A stretch of DNA of 64,000 nt from Amoebophrya sp. A120 (GCA_905178155.1 CAJINV010000005.1:4381556-4445555), one strand, 5' to 3'. Counted from the stretch's first letter, positions 25,401 to 38,449 are shown. Made by a program: numbers and translations. The notes: generated by a model not told the origin, from the sequence alone.

Positions 25401-26144
25401 GAAGTCGTCGAGCGCTTGGAGAAGCGAACGATCGGCGAGGAGAAGCCGGTTAACGTGGAGAAATTACGAGGTCGGTCCAAGGTGCGCAAGCGCCTGAATC
25501 GCGACGAGGAAGAGACCGGGGGCAAGAAGCGAAAGGCGGTATACGCTACTTCTATATGCTTGTCGCAATCAATTTCTTCGATTCAGAAATAAAACCTTTT
25601 TATGGAATCTTTTCACCATTTTCACGAGCAAAAGAACCTTCTCGTCTAGCTGGACTTGTTCCTAGCGGTGGATTCGCATTTGATTGCTGCACCAGCGATC
25701 ATCTAAGTAGAACAGCGCGGCCTCGGCTTACTACATTGTGCCGGTGATGTTATTGCACAAATTCCTCGATTCAACATCACAATGTCAACATGATAATCAA
25801 ACTTCTCTGCTCAACAGGACGACGGTACGGCTATGGACGTGGACAACGACAAGAAATCGGCGAAGAGAACGTCGAAATCGCTCATGCGCTCAAGAACAGC
25901 GGGGCGCTCCAAGTCTGTCAAGGTCCGGGGTCTCTCCGTGCACACGGATCGCAGCCAGAGCCGGATCGCCACCAGTATCGGGCGGCCCGAACTGCAGGAG
26001 AAGGCGGAGAAGGAAAAGCGAAAGGCGGGGAAGGTGCGCAACAAAGAGGCAAGAAAGGGCGAGGGCGACCGGCACATTCCGGACTTCAAGCCGAAGCACT
26101 TGTTTACGGGAAAACGAAGTATCGGCAAAACCGATCGGCGCTGA
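22493..26144 (+). CDS. NOG1: Nucleolar GTP-binding protein 1 (60S biogenesis GTPase)
   Basis: [68 protein letters not shown]|[13 protein letters not shown], and C-terminal [17 protein letters not shown]; five GT-AG introns and two TIR elements. Confidence 0.96.
22678..22827. mobile_element. TIR introner-like element, family F (150 bp), TSD CAGGA
   Basis: TATCCTGTGCAAAAATATCGTACT...AGTACGATACTTTTGCAATGCATA; CAGGA at 22673-22677 and 22828-22832. Confidence 0.9.
23763..24024. mobile_element. TIR introner-like element, family A (262 bp), TSD TGGAA
   Basis: TATCAAATGCAAAAATGTCTGGGTCTGGAA...TTCCAGACCCAGACATTTTTGCAATTCATA; TGGAA at 23758-23762 and 24025-24029; reverse-orientation relative of 19595-19856. 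Confidence 0.95.
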
Positions 26145-27124
26145 GAGACTTTTTTATGCTCATGATCAAGATATCGTTATTGTCCCTGCAACGGCCGTGG
26201 TTTTTTGTCGCTACATTCAGGCATTTTTTAGTCTCGCTTCGCAGGCTATGGCTACGTGAAAAATGTGATTGAAGAAAAACGTGGTGATATTCGCGGTATA
26301 GGAAAGTGCATTATTTCACGAAATTCGTCAGGCGGTCTTGGGCTTTCGCTTTGAGAGCGCTTTTTCTGCGCTATGCGCTTTGTGAGAGATGCACGAATTA
26401 TGCAACTTTGTTCGTACTCACTTAGTTTCGGTGTTGAGCTTTTTCTCGCCACTTCCGTTCCATCTGCTGTGCGTGCATTCGCATTACTTATGCTGCAATC
26501 GTATACATGAAATCTTGCTGTCCACCTCGTCGTCGTATAAATTGGCTCGTCCCCCCTGGCTCTTCGTTCCTGTGACACGTAGCGCTATCCCTAATGCAAA
26601 GGTCGTCGGTGATATATTCCTTCCTTGTTTTTTGGCATTCCACGTTTCCCGTTTCGGCTTTTTTTACCCTTCCTCGGTACGTGCCTCAGTTTGTTTTGAT
26701 CGTGCAAGGATTATTTGTATACGCAGACAGGAACTACAAGCTGCGCTTTCGTTCTATAGGCAGGCTTCAGCTTTTCGTTGTCGTAATGCCATGTGCGCAA
26801 GTTCTTTCGTCAACTGTAACTGACTTGAATGCATACCAGAAGTTGATGTCCGATATATTTTCCCAGGCTCTCGTCATCCTTTGATGAGTTGATCCCACGC
26901 ACTACCCGCACACCTCGGAACTGATAGTTTAAATAACTGTCAAGAATAGGAGGAGCAAGTTCCACAGCTTCCTTGAGAACATAGCGCACACGACCATCGT
27001 TTCTAGTTGTAGTCAGCCTTGAAGAGTTGGAGTTCATTCCTTCGCCTGTAGGATTGCGAGCGCAACTGTATCTCTTGTTTATTGCGGTCTTCTTGTACAT
27101 TAGCTTTTTTCGTGAACAAGCAGG

Positions 27125-28701
27125 ATGTCGACCAGTCAAGTTGGACTGCCGTACAAAGGCCGGTCCCTGGCAGTGAGCTCCACGGTTCGCAGAGCGCCGA
27201 AGTTTTCCTTCGGCTCCGCTACTTCAGGACTGACCAAGCTGCTCGCAAAAAGCGCCGCAGACGTCCCAGGGCCTGGCGCTTATGAGCCTGAAGGGTCACG
27301 CGACGGCCGCAAGAGGACAGCACAGGCGTACGCTATACTTTAAATTCATAATATTTTTGCTGGGGGGCATCTTCACGTGCCCAAATACTTATATTCTCTC
27401 TGCAGTTTTCAGACCTGCTATGCTTTTGTTTGTGACACAATCGATTGCTTCCTTGTGTGCCTCGATGAAATTCAATTTCAAATCCATTTTTCGGTTAAGC
27501 AGAGAAAACCAAACAATCAAAATCGAGTTTGCGTGTTTTCCTCCTCATCACAGGTTTTCCTTCCGCCCGAAACCACGCTCATTGCAGTCGAACACAAACG
27601 CCGTTGTTGGTCCGGGCAGCTACGACCCCAGCGATAAGCTTTCGAAACCAGCATCAAGGTATAACTTATGTGTAAAAGAAACACAAACACGACATAGGCC
27701 GGAAAGTTAAAATTTTTGCTTCCACTCTCTCGTGAAGATGTGAAGAATGAAGTAAAGAGTTTGCTGCAAGAGCCCCGGCACTTTAATGAAAATATGATGA
27801 AAAATTTATTACAGTCGCGGCGGCTTTTCGCATGCGCGGCGGTCCGCGGGACCGTCATCCTTCAAGAGCTTCCAGCCCGGTCCTGGAGCGTACGATACGC
27901 GCGCAGACATGACAAAGCAAGGGCTGCAGTTCAGCTTTCGGCGTAAACCTGCCGCTATGGATCCAACACGAGGCACGCCTGGACCAGGTGCCTACGAGGC
28001 GCCGGCATCCGCAGCCTCCAATTCGTATCTAGAAAATTATGTTTTTCGATTTGATTTTCATTTTAGCGTTCCACCGGACCACGAACAACACTGCTCATTC
28101 AGTACAGCATTTTATTTTTCTTTGCAACTTTGACTTTTGTTCATTTTGCTATACACCAATGAATGCCTTTCTACACCAACTCAGCGCGACGGCAAGGTCG
28201 GTGCATGGGATCGCGAAGCACTCCAGCCGAGCAGTGAAGTTTTCCGGGAGCCAGCGGAATCTAGCGCCCTTCCGCAACGAGAACCCGGGTCCAGGTGCGT
28301 ATGACCACGCGGCTGGCACCTCAGTCAGCGCGAGACAACCCCCAGCCTATTCGATCCGCGGGGGCGGACGGCCAAAACTCATACGCATCGCAAATATGTC
28401 TGGGTCTGGCAAGCTGTGTTGCTGAATGGTCATGATTGAGTGCCGCGCCTCTAAGTGCAGCGACGCATGACAAATCTCTCGAACGCTTCCTAATGCGTAG
28501 TGCGCACTACAAACTGCGATCTTGTATGACGAAAGAGTGGCACTCTTGCTGCATATGCGCAGCACAGATGTTTCACGAATGCAAGACACACAATACAGGC
28601 ACAACCTTTCCAGACCCAGACATATTTGCATTTGATAACTCAAGCGGCCTGACAATCCGGGACCCGGTGCGTACGATGCAGCGTACACGCAGTTCTCGTG
28701 A
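27125..28701 (+). CDS. SHIPPO-1/ODF3-like PGP-repeat axonemal protein
   Basis: Repeated PGPGAY/GPGSY motifs with FSF across several GT-AG-separated exons; PKL|KRPDNPGPGAYD after element removal. Confidence 0.8.
28382..28637. mobile_element. TIR introner-like element, family A (256 bp), TSD ACTCA, TAC left end
   Basis: TACGCATCGCAAATATGTCTGGGTCTGG...CCAGACCCAGACATATTTGCATTTGATA; ACTCA at 28377-28381 and 28638-28642. Confidence 0.9.
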
Positions 28702-29442
28702 TTTTGTAACAGCTTTTTGTTTGACTCTTGTAAGAGAATGTTTGAAATTAGACTTTTAGGCAACTGCACTTCAGAGTTCTTTGAAATGGTACAACATGGA
28801 CGATCGATGCATTTCGAACATCCAGATGCAAGTACTTATTCACATCAATGAGAGCCGCCCCCTTCGGTTCTTGTTACTAGCCCGTACTCCTGCTACCCTT
28901 TTTTTTGTATTTACGACCTAGCTACAGTTTTTTTTTTGACCTGACCTCGATTGTTTCATCCTATCAAAAAGTCGCAAAAGCAACGCAACCTTGCTTAGAA
29001 GTTCAGACCAGTTCTTTTAGAAAAGTTCCGTAGACATCGACGTTTCTCGTTTCTGCACCGCACCACAAGGGTTGGGATCATGAAAATTGCTATGTCATCG
29101 TTTCTGAACACGTTTCGCATATAGGAGCACCTGGGAAAGAACCTCCTAGCAAAGACCAATCGTGATGATAGAAACATGTTCTTGCCTCTGTGGCGGAACG
29201 CTAGAAGGTGAAGTGGAAATGCAATTCTCAAATATGAAGGGAATGTCGACGGGCATGCGGAAATAACCCGAAGCAGTTTGTTCTACATCTCGCGAATAGC
29301 AAGTAAGAATACCACGACCCAAAAATAAAAGACAATGCGCGACAGATCGGCGGCCTCGTCAAAGTATGAAAGAAATTGCCCAAGATTTTGGATCAGAAGA
29401 CAGCATCAGCAGGGGTGCAGGCAGAGAGCAAGGGATATCAAA

Positions 29443-31167
29443 ATGATACGTTTCGGTTTCGGATCTTCGTTTTCATCGATTTTCAAAGCAGTCATTCTCT
29501 TTGTCGTGAAAGCTGCACTGCTCCAAGATGGATTCGTCGTCTTTGTACTAGCTGCTCTGGACACTGAGCTGGTTCTGGAAGAGTTTTCGTTTCTTTTTGG
29601 CCGCGCCAGGAAACAGTGCCGGGAGGAAGCAGTTGATGCAAATTCTACTTTTGAGGACCTGCGATCTCCGTGTCTTGTGCAGGCAGAGAATGGCGTGCTG
29701 TATCAAGTGTACGGGCAGGGGCTGCTTGCGATAGCACCAGGCGGTGAAGAGCAAACACAATTATCCTCTGAGATCGAAGGCGGTCAGGAGCCGAGCCAGC
29801 CGCGCAGTGTGGAGGTGGTCCACGGGGTAGACACAGAAGGAGAGAAATCCACTGGCGGATCTACTGCTTTGTCGTCGCTAGTGAAGACCCACGTGGGCGT
29901 GGACTTCTTTCGAACTGACGCTCCCGTGAGCGTCAAAATTCGGGTAGGGGCGGGCGTATACACAGTGCAGGACCCGAACCGGTTTGTTGCGCCAGAGGAC
30001 TCGAGTTCGGACGGAGGGGCAGTAAAGGAAGCAGCAAAGGACGAAAGGGCACCAAAAGAAGCAATGCGCAAATCCTTCACCGTGGAATTCGAGCCCCAGG
30101 GACGCATTCTGTCGCTGAGTCCACGCCATCTCACGCTTCCAGCTGTTGTGATCCCCGACGCGAAAACGAAGCACGTCCGGTTTTGGGAAAACTGGGCCGC
30201 CAAATCGTGCTCCTCCTTGTTGCGAGGCCGCGCAGGGGGGAGGGGAGGGGTCCGTGGTGGCAAGGAAGGACAAGCAGACGACGCAGCGACGGTGGAAAAG
30301 GCCATGTTGGAGAATTGCCGGAGGGTGCAGCAAAACAAGTCCGTAAGGACAACTACTACCCTTCTACCTTCAGCAGCGGCGGAAGTAGATAGGGAAACAA
30401 CTAAGGTTGTGTCGACGCAGCTCGATGAAGATGCGCCTCTTTACCAGCTGTGGGGCTCGACCAATTTCTCCTCATTCACGGAGTACGCAAACCGTGCCAT
30501 AGACGCAACTACTAGGTGCCGGGCCTTCGAAAACTTCCATTACAGCGGTGAAATGGCGCTCGGCATCTCTTTGGCGGATTTGCTCCTGCAATTCAGTAGT
30601 GCGTCTGTGGTTCATCGCCAGAAAAGTACTAGCGGCACCAGCAGTGGGGAAAATACAAACTTGCATACGCTTCTGGAACTCGAACTCGACGCGCAGGGAC
30701 TAGACGCCGCATTGGTTTATTCCTTGGCGGCCTCATCGGAGGATCGCGCGCATTTACGAAGAAGTACTCCATCTTCGTCCATGCCAGGCAGAAATAGAAC
30801 GCGCCTGCAGCGGGCTCGGTCTCTTGGAGAAGGAGAAGAACCACAGGAGCCGGATGAGGCTCGTCCACTGGAGCTTTTGCAACGCATCACTGTCGAGTGC
30901 CAGAAGAGCCCTCCGTGGCTTTACGAGCCGATCTATCAATATCATGATGTTCTGTTCAGTCATGACCCTACCCTCACGTCAGTACCGCAGGTGGAAAACG
31001 ATTGCAATGAGATTGCTGCTTTTCTTCGCGCACGATCTTTCGTGCTCGAAAGGGAGCAGCTAAACAACTGTGCCTGCGACGAATGGAATCTAAGTTTCAG
31101 GCGAGAAGCAAGTGCATCCGATTCTATTCTCTCGTACGGTTCGCAGGCGAACCAGCATAACATGTAG
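29443..31167 (+). CDS. Hypothetical protein with an N-terminal hydrophobic/signal-like segment
   Basis: Open frame of about 574 aa; no recognised domain; 3' end uncertain. Confidence 0.55.
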   Translation: MIRFGFGSSFSSIFKAVILFVVKAALLQDGFVVFVLAALDTELVLEEFSFLFGRARKQCREEAVDANSTFEDLRSPCLVQAENGVLYQVYGQGLLAIAPGGEEQTQLSSEIEGGQEPSQPRSVEVVHGVDTEGEKSTGGSTALSSLVKTHVGVDFFRTDAPVSVKIRVGAGVYTVQDPNRFVAPEDSSSDGGAVKEAAKDERAPKEAMRKSFTVEFEPQGRILSLSPRHLTLPAVVIPDAKTKHVRFWENWAAKSCSSLLRGRAGGRGGVRGGKEGQADDAATVEKAMLENCRRVQQNKSVRTTTTLLPSAAAEVDRETTKVVSTQLDEDAPLYQLWGSTNFSSFTEYANRAIDATTRCRAFENFHYSGEMALGISLADLLLQFSSASVVHRQKSTSGTSSGENTNLHTLLELELDAQGLDAALVYSLAASSEDRAHLRRSTPSSSMPGRNRTRLQRARSLGEGEEPQEPDEARPLELLQRITVECQKSPPWLYEPIYQYHDVLFSHDPTLTSVPQVENDCNEIAAFLRARSFVLEREQLNNCACDEWNLSFRREASASDSILSYGSQANQHNM

Positions 31168-31642
31168 CGACGCCTCGTGTGGGATGTTCAGAATTGTACT
31201 AGCAGTAGCTGTCTACCACTACACTCGTCATCACTATGCAGGAACAATCGCTGTAGACCGCTGGTGTAATGGCTTTAGGCCGTTGAAAGAAATATATCGT
31301 GGTACTGGTAGTTGTTGTAAAAACGCGTCGTGCACTACTACTCACGTTTCTATCGTGTAGACATGGGAATAAGCGGCGTCATCGTGTATGTGGGCGGGAA
31401 TTGGTTCGTCATCGTGTACGGAAAGTTTCGGATTTTTCAAAGTCCTGTCGTCTCCACCTTGCGGTATAACTTTTACATTAGAAGAAGTGTAGAAGGACCT
31501 GGATTAAGAAAGCGTTTTTTTTGAATTGGCTCCGGGGGATTTATTTTTCTTCGAAACATGCCCATCCCGCAAATTCGATATCTATAGCTCCGAGCACGGC
31601 ACCTGACGCCTCGCGGCTACGTGTAGGAAACGAGTTTATAGG

Positions 31643-33976
31643 ATGGAGCTTCGGTTTTTTATATTGCTGAGTCCAGCAGCTTTGCTGCGTGCAAGTGAAG
31701 ATGTTGTAGTTTTGTCGGACACAAGCGAAGCGCAGCTACCGCCGTACTCGCCCCGGTCTCCGTGGTGCTGGTCCGGCTGGATAGAGCGGTTACCCGACAC
31801 GGAATTTGTTTTCGGGGACTTGTGCGCGCAGCAGCTCTCCGTCCATCAAGATCACTTGGAGCCGGAAAACCAATTTTTCATCATCGAGGCCGCAAAAAAG
31901 ATGACTGCGGCGAGCAAGGAGCAGGCCCTGGCCATGATGGCCACGCTTTCAGCGGAAGCGCACAGCAAATCGACTATCGACGGGGAGCGCTGCCTCGAGG
32001 GACTGCACTACGTGACTCAGGTGGAACAAGCGTGGCAAAACCGCCGGTCGGATCCGCGCTGGAGTACTCCAGACCTAGAATGGAAGTGCCGCATGCTGTG
32101 TGACCTACATCCGCGGTGTGCAGTGTACTCGTTTACCTCTGCGACTGCCGTGTGTGCGCTCAAAACCCGTGACGCGCTCGAAGGACCCCTGATAACAGCT
32201 GAAGACTCTGTTGCGAACAGGCGGATCATCAAAGTGTGTGCGGCGCGTGGTTGTTCAGCGGACGTTGCGCTGCGGCTGCATGCTCCCGAGCTTTCCATCA
32301 GTCCGCAAGAGCGTGCGTGGCGCGTGTGCTCGGATTGGCTGGAAAACTACTGTGAGTCAGAAAGTAATCTAGAGCGATGTGCAGCGGTCGCTGCCTTCGA
32401 TAGACACGCAGCTGCCTCTACCACCAGTGGGAACGGAATTGCTGCGGATGACTCACACGACACGAAAAATGCTTGCTGTGTTGCGAAGGAGGAAGTCGAG
32501 TCCCTTCTCCTCGTCGGGCACGACAACAAGCAGAACACCTTTTGCTCCGGCGATCATTTTGCCAATCTTTTTGACTTCTCCAACCCCGAAACACGCAGAA
32601 GCTGTCAACTGGCTGGAGATGATGGAGGAGGATCTGCTTCTTCGGACGAGGGTCTAGCGACTTGCTGTGCGCCGACCGCTGAGATCATGAGCACACTTAC
32701 GCCGATGTCGACGGATCCCGTAACTGCAAGTAACGAGAAGTGCACTCTGGATATGTGCCGTAGTCCCTCGGTGTTTGACCAACACAACGCCGCTGTTTTT
32801 GACTGTTGGGCGGGTACACTCGGCGAAAGCTCGTTCCCATGTGGAGGTCGCAACACGGTGGCGCAGAAGACCGGAAAAATCGCGCAGCTGAACTCAGAAA
32901 TTTATTTCCAATACACCTGCTGCGCACAGGAGCGCGCAGTGGCCCCAGGTGCTTCTTTCGCGAGAAAGGCTGCTGTTCCAGAGCAGGCCGCGCTGGTCAA
33001 CAATCGACCCTCACCGCCGGAAGAAGGTGATGCCCCGGTACAACCGCCGCCGCCGGACCAGGAGGGCCTTGAGTCAGAAGCCTCTTTCGCCCCGATCGAC
33101 CACCCATTTGGCGGTGCTGCACCAGCTGGAAGTTCCGATGAGCCAGCCAAAGTGGAAATTGCGGGATATGGCGTTCTCAAGTGTTACATTCTCAACTGTT
33201 AAGTACATGATTTGTCATGCAAAATTCCAATCAGAATCGACACGAGCAAGCTGCTTCGCATGACAAGTTCCCGAAGGGACAAACAGGATGAGAATCTGCG
33301 CCAAATCTGTCATGCAAGAGGCGCAATCTTCCCCCTGTCAGTTTGCCATTTTTGCATCGCAAACTTATGTAACAGTTGAGAATGAAACAGTTGAGAACGC
33401 CATACGGGACAGTGTGTGCTCCAGAACGCGGAAATCCGGTATGCGAAGACACAAGGGCTGACGCTGCTGCAGCGGACGGTGGGCGCAGTGTTGCCGTCGT
33501 ATCAACCTTGCGGAGGACTACAACAGGTCGGCGAACAACATCCACCGGTAGTACAACTACCTAAATGGCCCCTGTCAGCGGGGCAGTGTGCGAGCGCGTG
33601 TTTTTACTTCGAGAAGGACATCAACCTAATCGAACAAAACAGCGGTGGCTCTACTTCAAGGGTACCACTGCGGCAAGAACTCGGTACTAAAGGTTCCCGT
33701 AGTTCCGATCTGATTTCCTGTGATTACTACGTTTTTCGCGAAAATGGGTCTCAGTGCAGTCTTTACGGAAAGTTGGTCGACAAGAACTCTACCGCCTTCA
33801 CCACTCTGGATGCAGCTGCGGCACTCGTCGGCAGTGCGGACGACGTGCTCGCAACGAAGGTCGCAGAAGCCGTCACTGTCGGAAAAAAGTGCAGGCAGCA
33901 CGCGGATTGGCCGAGGGTGCAAGAAGATTTGAATGAGGTTCGAACGCGATGGAAATGCCAAATGAACGAACCGTAA
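31643..33976 (+). CDS. Secreted Cys-rich protein with PAN/Apple-like domains
   Basis: Signal peptide; CRMLCDLHPRCAVYSF...CALK and CASAC...CDYYVF...CSLY; EIAG|QCVLQN join after element removal. Confidence 0.65.
33167..33404. mobile_element. TIR introner-like element, family G (238 bp), TSD CGGGA
   Basis: TATGGCGTTCTCAAGTGTTACATTCTCAACTGTTA...TAACAGTTGAGAATGAAACAGTTGAGAACGCCATA; CGGGA at 33162-33166 and 33405-33409. Confidence 0.93.
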
Positions 33977-34573
33977 AAGTGATGTGCACGCAACTTGACC
34001 TTCCGTAGTTCCCGGCAAGAGTATGTGAAACAGGAGTATGAAATTATTGTTGCGCTACGGCCTTCAATATTTGTCGGAGTTCTACTTTCTTAGTAGATGA
34101 AGCGAATCCATCGCCATTCAGCTGAGAGACCTGTATACTTCGGGCCGTTTTGTTTTTAAATTGGTGGTTGCGCTCATTCGGATTCGGTATGGCAAAATTG
34201 GTAGTGAGAGTGTCTCGCCGTGCGCAGGGTGGAAGAGGTAAACCAGCAATCTCAGAAGTGATGCAATTGTCTTGGGTCGTAGGTTGTAGTCCGTTATCGG
34301 GTCATCTGCTTAGATTTTACGGAAGCCGATAAAACGTAAAAGTAAATCGTATCGAATGAAAACTCGTCTGACTCGTTCTGGCTGGAACTTTTAATTCAAG
34401 CGGAAATAATTCTTTCGCGATCGTGTACAAAGTTGCGTACGATAAACAGAAAATTTTCATCAGATCGTGTTTTTTTTTGTCATCTCGATGGTGGGGGCCA
34501 CTACATCGAGTTGAGGCTGCGGGGAGGACTCTTTGTAGAGCGTATAGGAGTATACTAGAGAAAAACAGCAAAT

Positions 34574-37485
34574 ATGGCCTCTGCTGCGAGCAGCTTGCCG
34601 CCGGAGGCGGTGTCCGACGCCGGGATTGTGTTGATAAAGATGCGAAACCTGGTGTACTCCACAAGAAGTATCGGGTACCGCGCGATCCGGCACGCTATCG
34701 CGAAGACGAGGGGGGCCGAGTTTCTGACCGTGAAAGAAGCCGACGAGTGCTTCCGCAGCGCCTCGGTGTTTTTGGACAACCGGGAGTTGTGCACGCTGTC
34801 CCGAAAGTACGGCGACGGTTCCTTTGTGGACAAGAAGCTTTCCCTGGGAACGGAATTCTGTGGCGACCTGATCCCGACCGAGATCAGCAGCGCCCCAAGA
34901 AGAGGCTTGGTGCAGAACGTGTGGAAGAGCTGCTGTGCGGCGTTCGGTAGCGACCAAATCGACCTGCTCGACTTCGTGGAGGCCACAAACCCCGGCGCTT
35001 TCCCGCACGTGAAGGCGGGGCGCGTCTCGCACGAGGAGTGCAAACAGCTACTGCTGTCGGAGCTCGAGGACCTCATGCTCATGCTCGGAAAGTCAGCGGT
35101 ATTTTCGTCTTCTGGATCATTTATTATCATGGATGGTAGGCCTAGGCGTAGGAGAGAGCACTTACAAAAGACAACTCAGGTCACTTTCAAATCCGATTCT
35201 ATTTGCTTTCGACTAAGTAGTAGAACCTGGGGACTAGGTTACTTACTGTGTAAAAATCATTGGCAATGATGAACTAATATCAAGGTGGACGCGGAAGTGT
35301 TCATGCAGTATGGCACGGAAGTCTCGTCGCTGTGCGCGCTCGATGGACAGTTTCAGAACGTGATGGGCATGTTTTCGAAGAAAACAGCTTTGAAAGACGA
35401 CACGCTCGACCGACAGCTCGCGTTGGTGGACCTCTTCGTCAGGAAATTCAACGAGATGAAGGACCACCGAGCAGTATTTATGCTGTTTCACTACTACGAC
35501 CCGGCCGGCAGAATGGCGCTGGACTACCCGTCCTTCGAAGCGATGTGCATCGGAATCGGCGTCAACATCACACCGGCCGAGAAAAGACTTATCTTCGACT
35601 TCTTCGGACCCACTGGAGTTATAGTGGTATGAAGTTTACTAGTTAGTTTTGCTTTTTTTTCTGTGCACAGCTTTTTCCATGAATGCTAGGCACGCTACAG
35701 GTCAGCATTTACTAGATCTGGATCGTGCTGCCTGTTGGAACAGGTATTTTATCGTTTCAAAATAAAACAAACACATAATTTTTCTGCAGAGCGGTCCGTT
35801 TTTGCGATACATCTTCTACTGCATGGAGTATGCAAGCGTCGAACTTGGCAGACCTGCGGACTACGCTGAGATTAGGGCCAGCGGACCCGCGGCACACGAT
35901 CCCGACGCGGAACCACGGGAGCTGTGTGCCAAGATCCGAAATCACCTGATTAAATTCCATCCGCGGGGGCTGTCAGTGGTACAATGTCGTTGTCGCCTAC
36001 TTTTGAAAAGTAAACATGACAGTTTTAATATTACCACGTTCCACTTCCAGCTGGAAAAGGAAAGGATAAGAAAGAAGTTTTGTCACGTTACAGGAAAAAT
36101 AAATCTCGGCTCTTGATGATTCTATCACCTTCTCAGGCCTTCAACATTATGCACACGTTGAACCGAGTTGGAAGCAAGATTGACAAGCGGGAGTTTCAGT
36201 GGGGCCTGGACGTTTGCGGCCTTCGCCTAGGTACCGCGGAAGCGGACTACCTGGAGTACTTTTTTTCGTCCGGCACGCCACAGGTCGACAAAGAAGAATG
36301 GCTCGACTACTTGCGCGGCGATCTCGTCGCCTACGAAGAACTGAAAGCGGAAGCAAAAAAGAGAATAGACCAGGTAGAGCGTTTGATAATTTAGGACGTA
36401 CTTCTACTTTACTTCTTTTGTAGTTTGATGAAAAACTGCAAGTGAGCAACGATTGCGTCGTGAAAGAAAACTTGTACTTCTTCGCTCATCCAGATTTTGC
36501 AACAGGTAGCAAATAATGCGTGCTTACGTCTTGGAAGATTTGGGGAATTTGCAAACTGTCTCTAGGTGTGCCCCGGCGAAAATGAGTACCACAATGAGGA
36601 CTACAAGATGAAGAAGTGGGAGCCCGCTTTTGGGGGCAGCAGCTTCGTGGCGGCGCAATTTATTCTCGATCAGTACTGCGTGGACCACCATCCGATGGTT
36701 GACGACGTCGGTCCGGAGAAGCTGCGGAAAGAGTTCTTCGACTACCTCGGCGAATCCCTGGCCATCGGCCGGGCGGCAAAAGCCAAGGTGGTCAAATACC
36801 TGTGTGACGAGGGGCTGCAACACGACAGGCAGAAGTGGCGCAAGTACTTGTACACGTGTCTGCCCTCCTATGGAAGTGTCAGAATCGAAATTGACAAAAT
36901 CGAAATAATTTGTCATGCATAAAATGGCTTCCAGTTCGAACCCAGTTTCTAACTGGCGCATGACAAATTCTGGTGGTGCCTAAATCCAGTCTGTAATGCT
37001 GTTTAAGCAAAGAAGGGCGATTCTCTCATGCTACTGTAGCAGCTCGAGATACAACCCCAAGCAGGCTTATAATCGGTCTCACTTGCCTGCTCTGCAACAC
37101 ACGCATTCCGCGTCATGCATTTTATGCATCACAAATTTGTCGAGCTTGTCAATTTCGATCCTGACAGTTCCATACCTCCAGAAACCCGTCCGAAAACGTG
37201 GTCCCCGGAGAGGAGTTATCAAATGCAAAAATGTCTGGGTCTGGAAGAATGCAACTTGTGATGCTGCATTTGGATTCCAGAAAAATCTGTATTGCATGAG
37301 TACCAAAAGGAATGCAATTTTTGCTACGCGGAGAGGGCATTTGTCATGCGGAATAGGCATCAAGAAGCTCTCAAAAAATCTGTGATGCTAGGGCATGCAT
37401 CACAGACATCAGGGCTCGTGCAAAACGTGCATGACAAGTGTCAGAACCTTCCAGACCCAGACATTTTTACAGTTGATAGGAGTGA
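34574..37485 (+). CDS. Calcyphosin-like multi-EF-hand protein, multi-exon
   Basis: NPGAFPHVKAGRVS, YYDPAGRMALDYPSF, IDKREFQWGL...VDKEEWLDYLRG; the stop TGA forms only after removing 37217-37483. Confidence 0.65.
36869..37174. mobile_element. TIR introner-like element, family C (306 bp), TSD CCTCC
   Basis: TATGGAAGTGTCAGAATCGAAATTGACAA...TTGTCAATTTCGATCCTGACAGTTCCATA; CCTCC at 36864-36868 and 37175-37179; colinear with 7173-7480. Confidence 0.93.
37217..37478. mobile_element. TIR introner-like element, family A (262 bp), TSD GGAGT
   Basis: TATCAAATGCAAAAATGTCTGGGTCTGGAAG...CTTCCAGACCCAGACATTTTTACAGTTGATA; GGAGT at 37212-37216 and 37479-37483. Confidence 0.93.
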
Positions 37486-37801
37486 AGTTAGTACACGCAG
37501 CTGCGAAGTAGTAGCTGATACATATATTAGGTGTCGTTTGATGACGGCACAGACAATTATGTCGTTTCTTGATGTTCATCCTTTAAGCGAAGAAAACAAA
37601 CAGTTTGTATTCTAATGGCGTACAATTATAAACACTTTTCAATTATTTGGTTAGGAATGAGTGTGAATCACGATTACTCAGACAGAACAGAGATAGCGAT
37701 AGCGAAAACATTGCTGGCTCAGGATTTGGAAAAGTTGCACTTTGAAAAGAAGATGTTGCGCAGACATCTTCCGGGGATAGGTACGATAAGATGAGCAAGA
37801 A

Positions 37802-38150
37802 GATCAAACAATGGAAACAGTCTGCTGCTGTGTTTCAACAGAATGCGCCCCTCTCTCAAAAAAAGAAATTCGATCGCGCCTGTCTCTCCTCGAGGGAACC
37901 AATCAGGATCTTTTTCTGATGCTAACTTTTGTCGTGAAAAAGAAATCAGGATCATCTTTCAGCCAATCGTTGATGTTGATCGGAAATAAAGGCTAGTTCA
38001 AAGTCTGGTGCAACGAGTGATCCAATCGCGTGTCTCCTCAAATGTGCACCGGATTGGTCCGGTCTCTCACTGATCCCAAAAAACGAAAAGCGATCGACGT
38101 GTAGAAAAATCGATCCACTTCTATGTGCTGACGAGAAGAAGAGGAAGATC
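37802..38150. promoter_or_regulatory. Intergenic GATC cluster upstream of the WD40 gene (function unknown)
   Basis: 10 GATC in about 350 bp: 37802, 37872, 37907, 37950, 37978, 38019, 38072, 38092, 38112, 38147. Confidence 0.35.
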
Positions 38151-38449
38151 AGAAAACCACGAAATGCACCTGATATAATACGAACCGGAATCAAAAACAA
38201 AATCAATCGTGAAGAGTTGACGATTACAACGTAAAGATGAACTCAATAGTCGCACAGGGCCGCTTTTCGTGCAAAAATCTCTACAGTAATGATGCTTATG
38301 ATATTTGCTGCTGAAGATTAGTCATTGCCAGCCCTACATAGATACAACACGATCTGTGGCTCAGTAGTAGAAAGTAAGAAGCTTCTATTTCCGCGAATTT
38401 GTGAATGTTACCTCGACCAGCACCCGCTTTTAGCTAGTAAGTTTGCAAA

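Noticed and set aside
22493-26144. Interrupted genes as pseudogenes
   Set aside because: No other frameshifts or stops were seen; all motifs are intact after element removal
31375-31420. Short duplication CGTCATCGTGTA
   Set aside because: Only two 12-bp copies in intergenic DNA; no further structure
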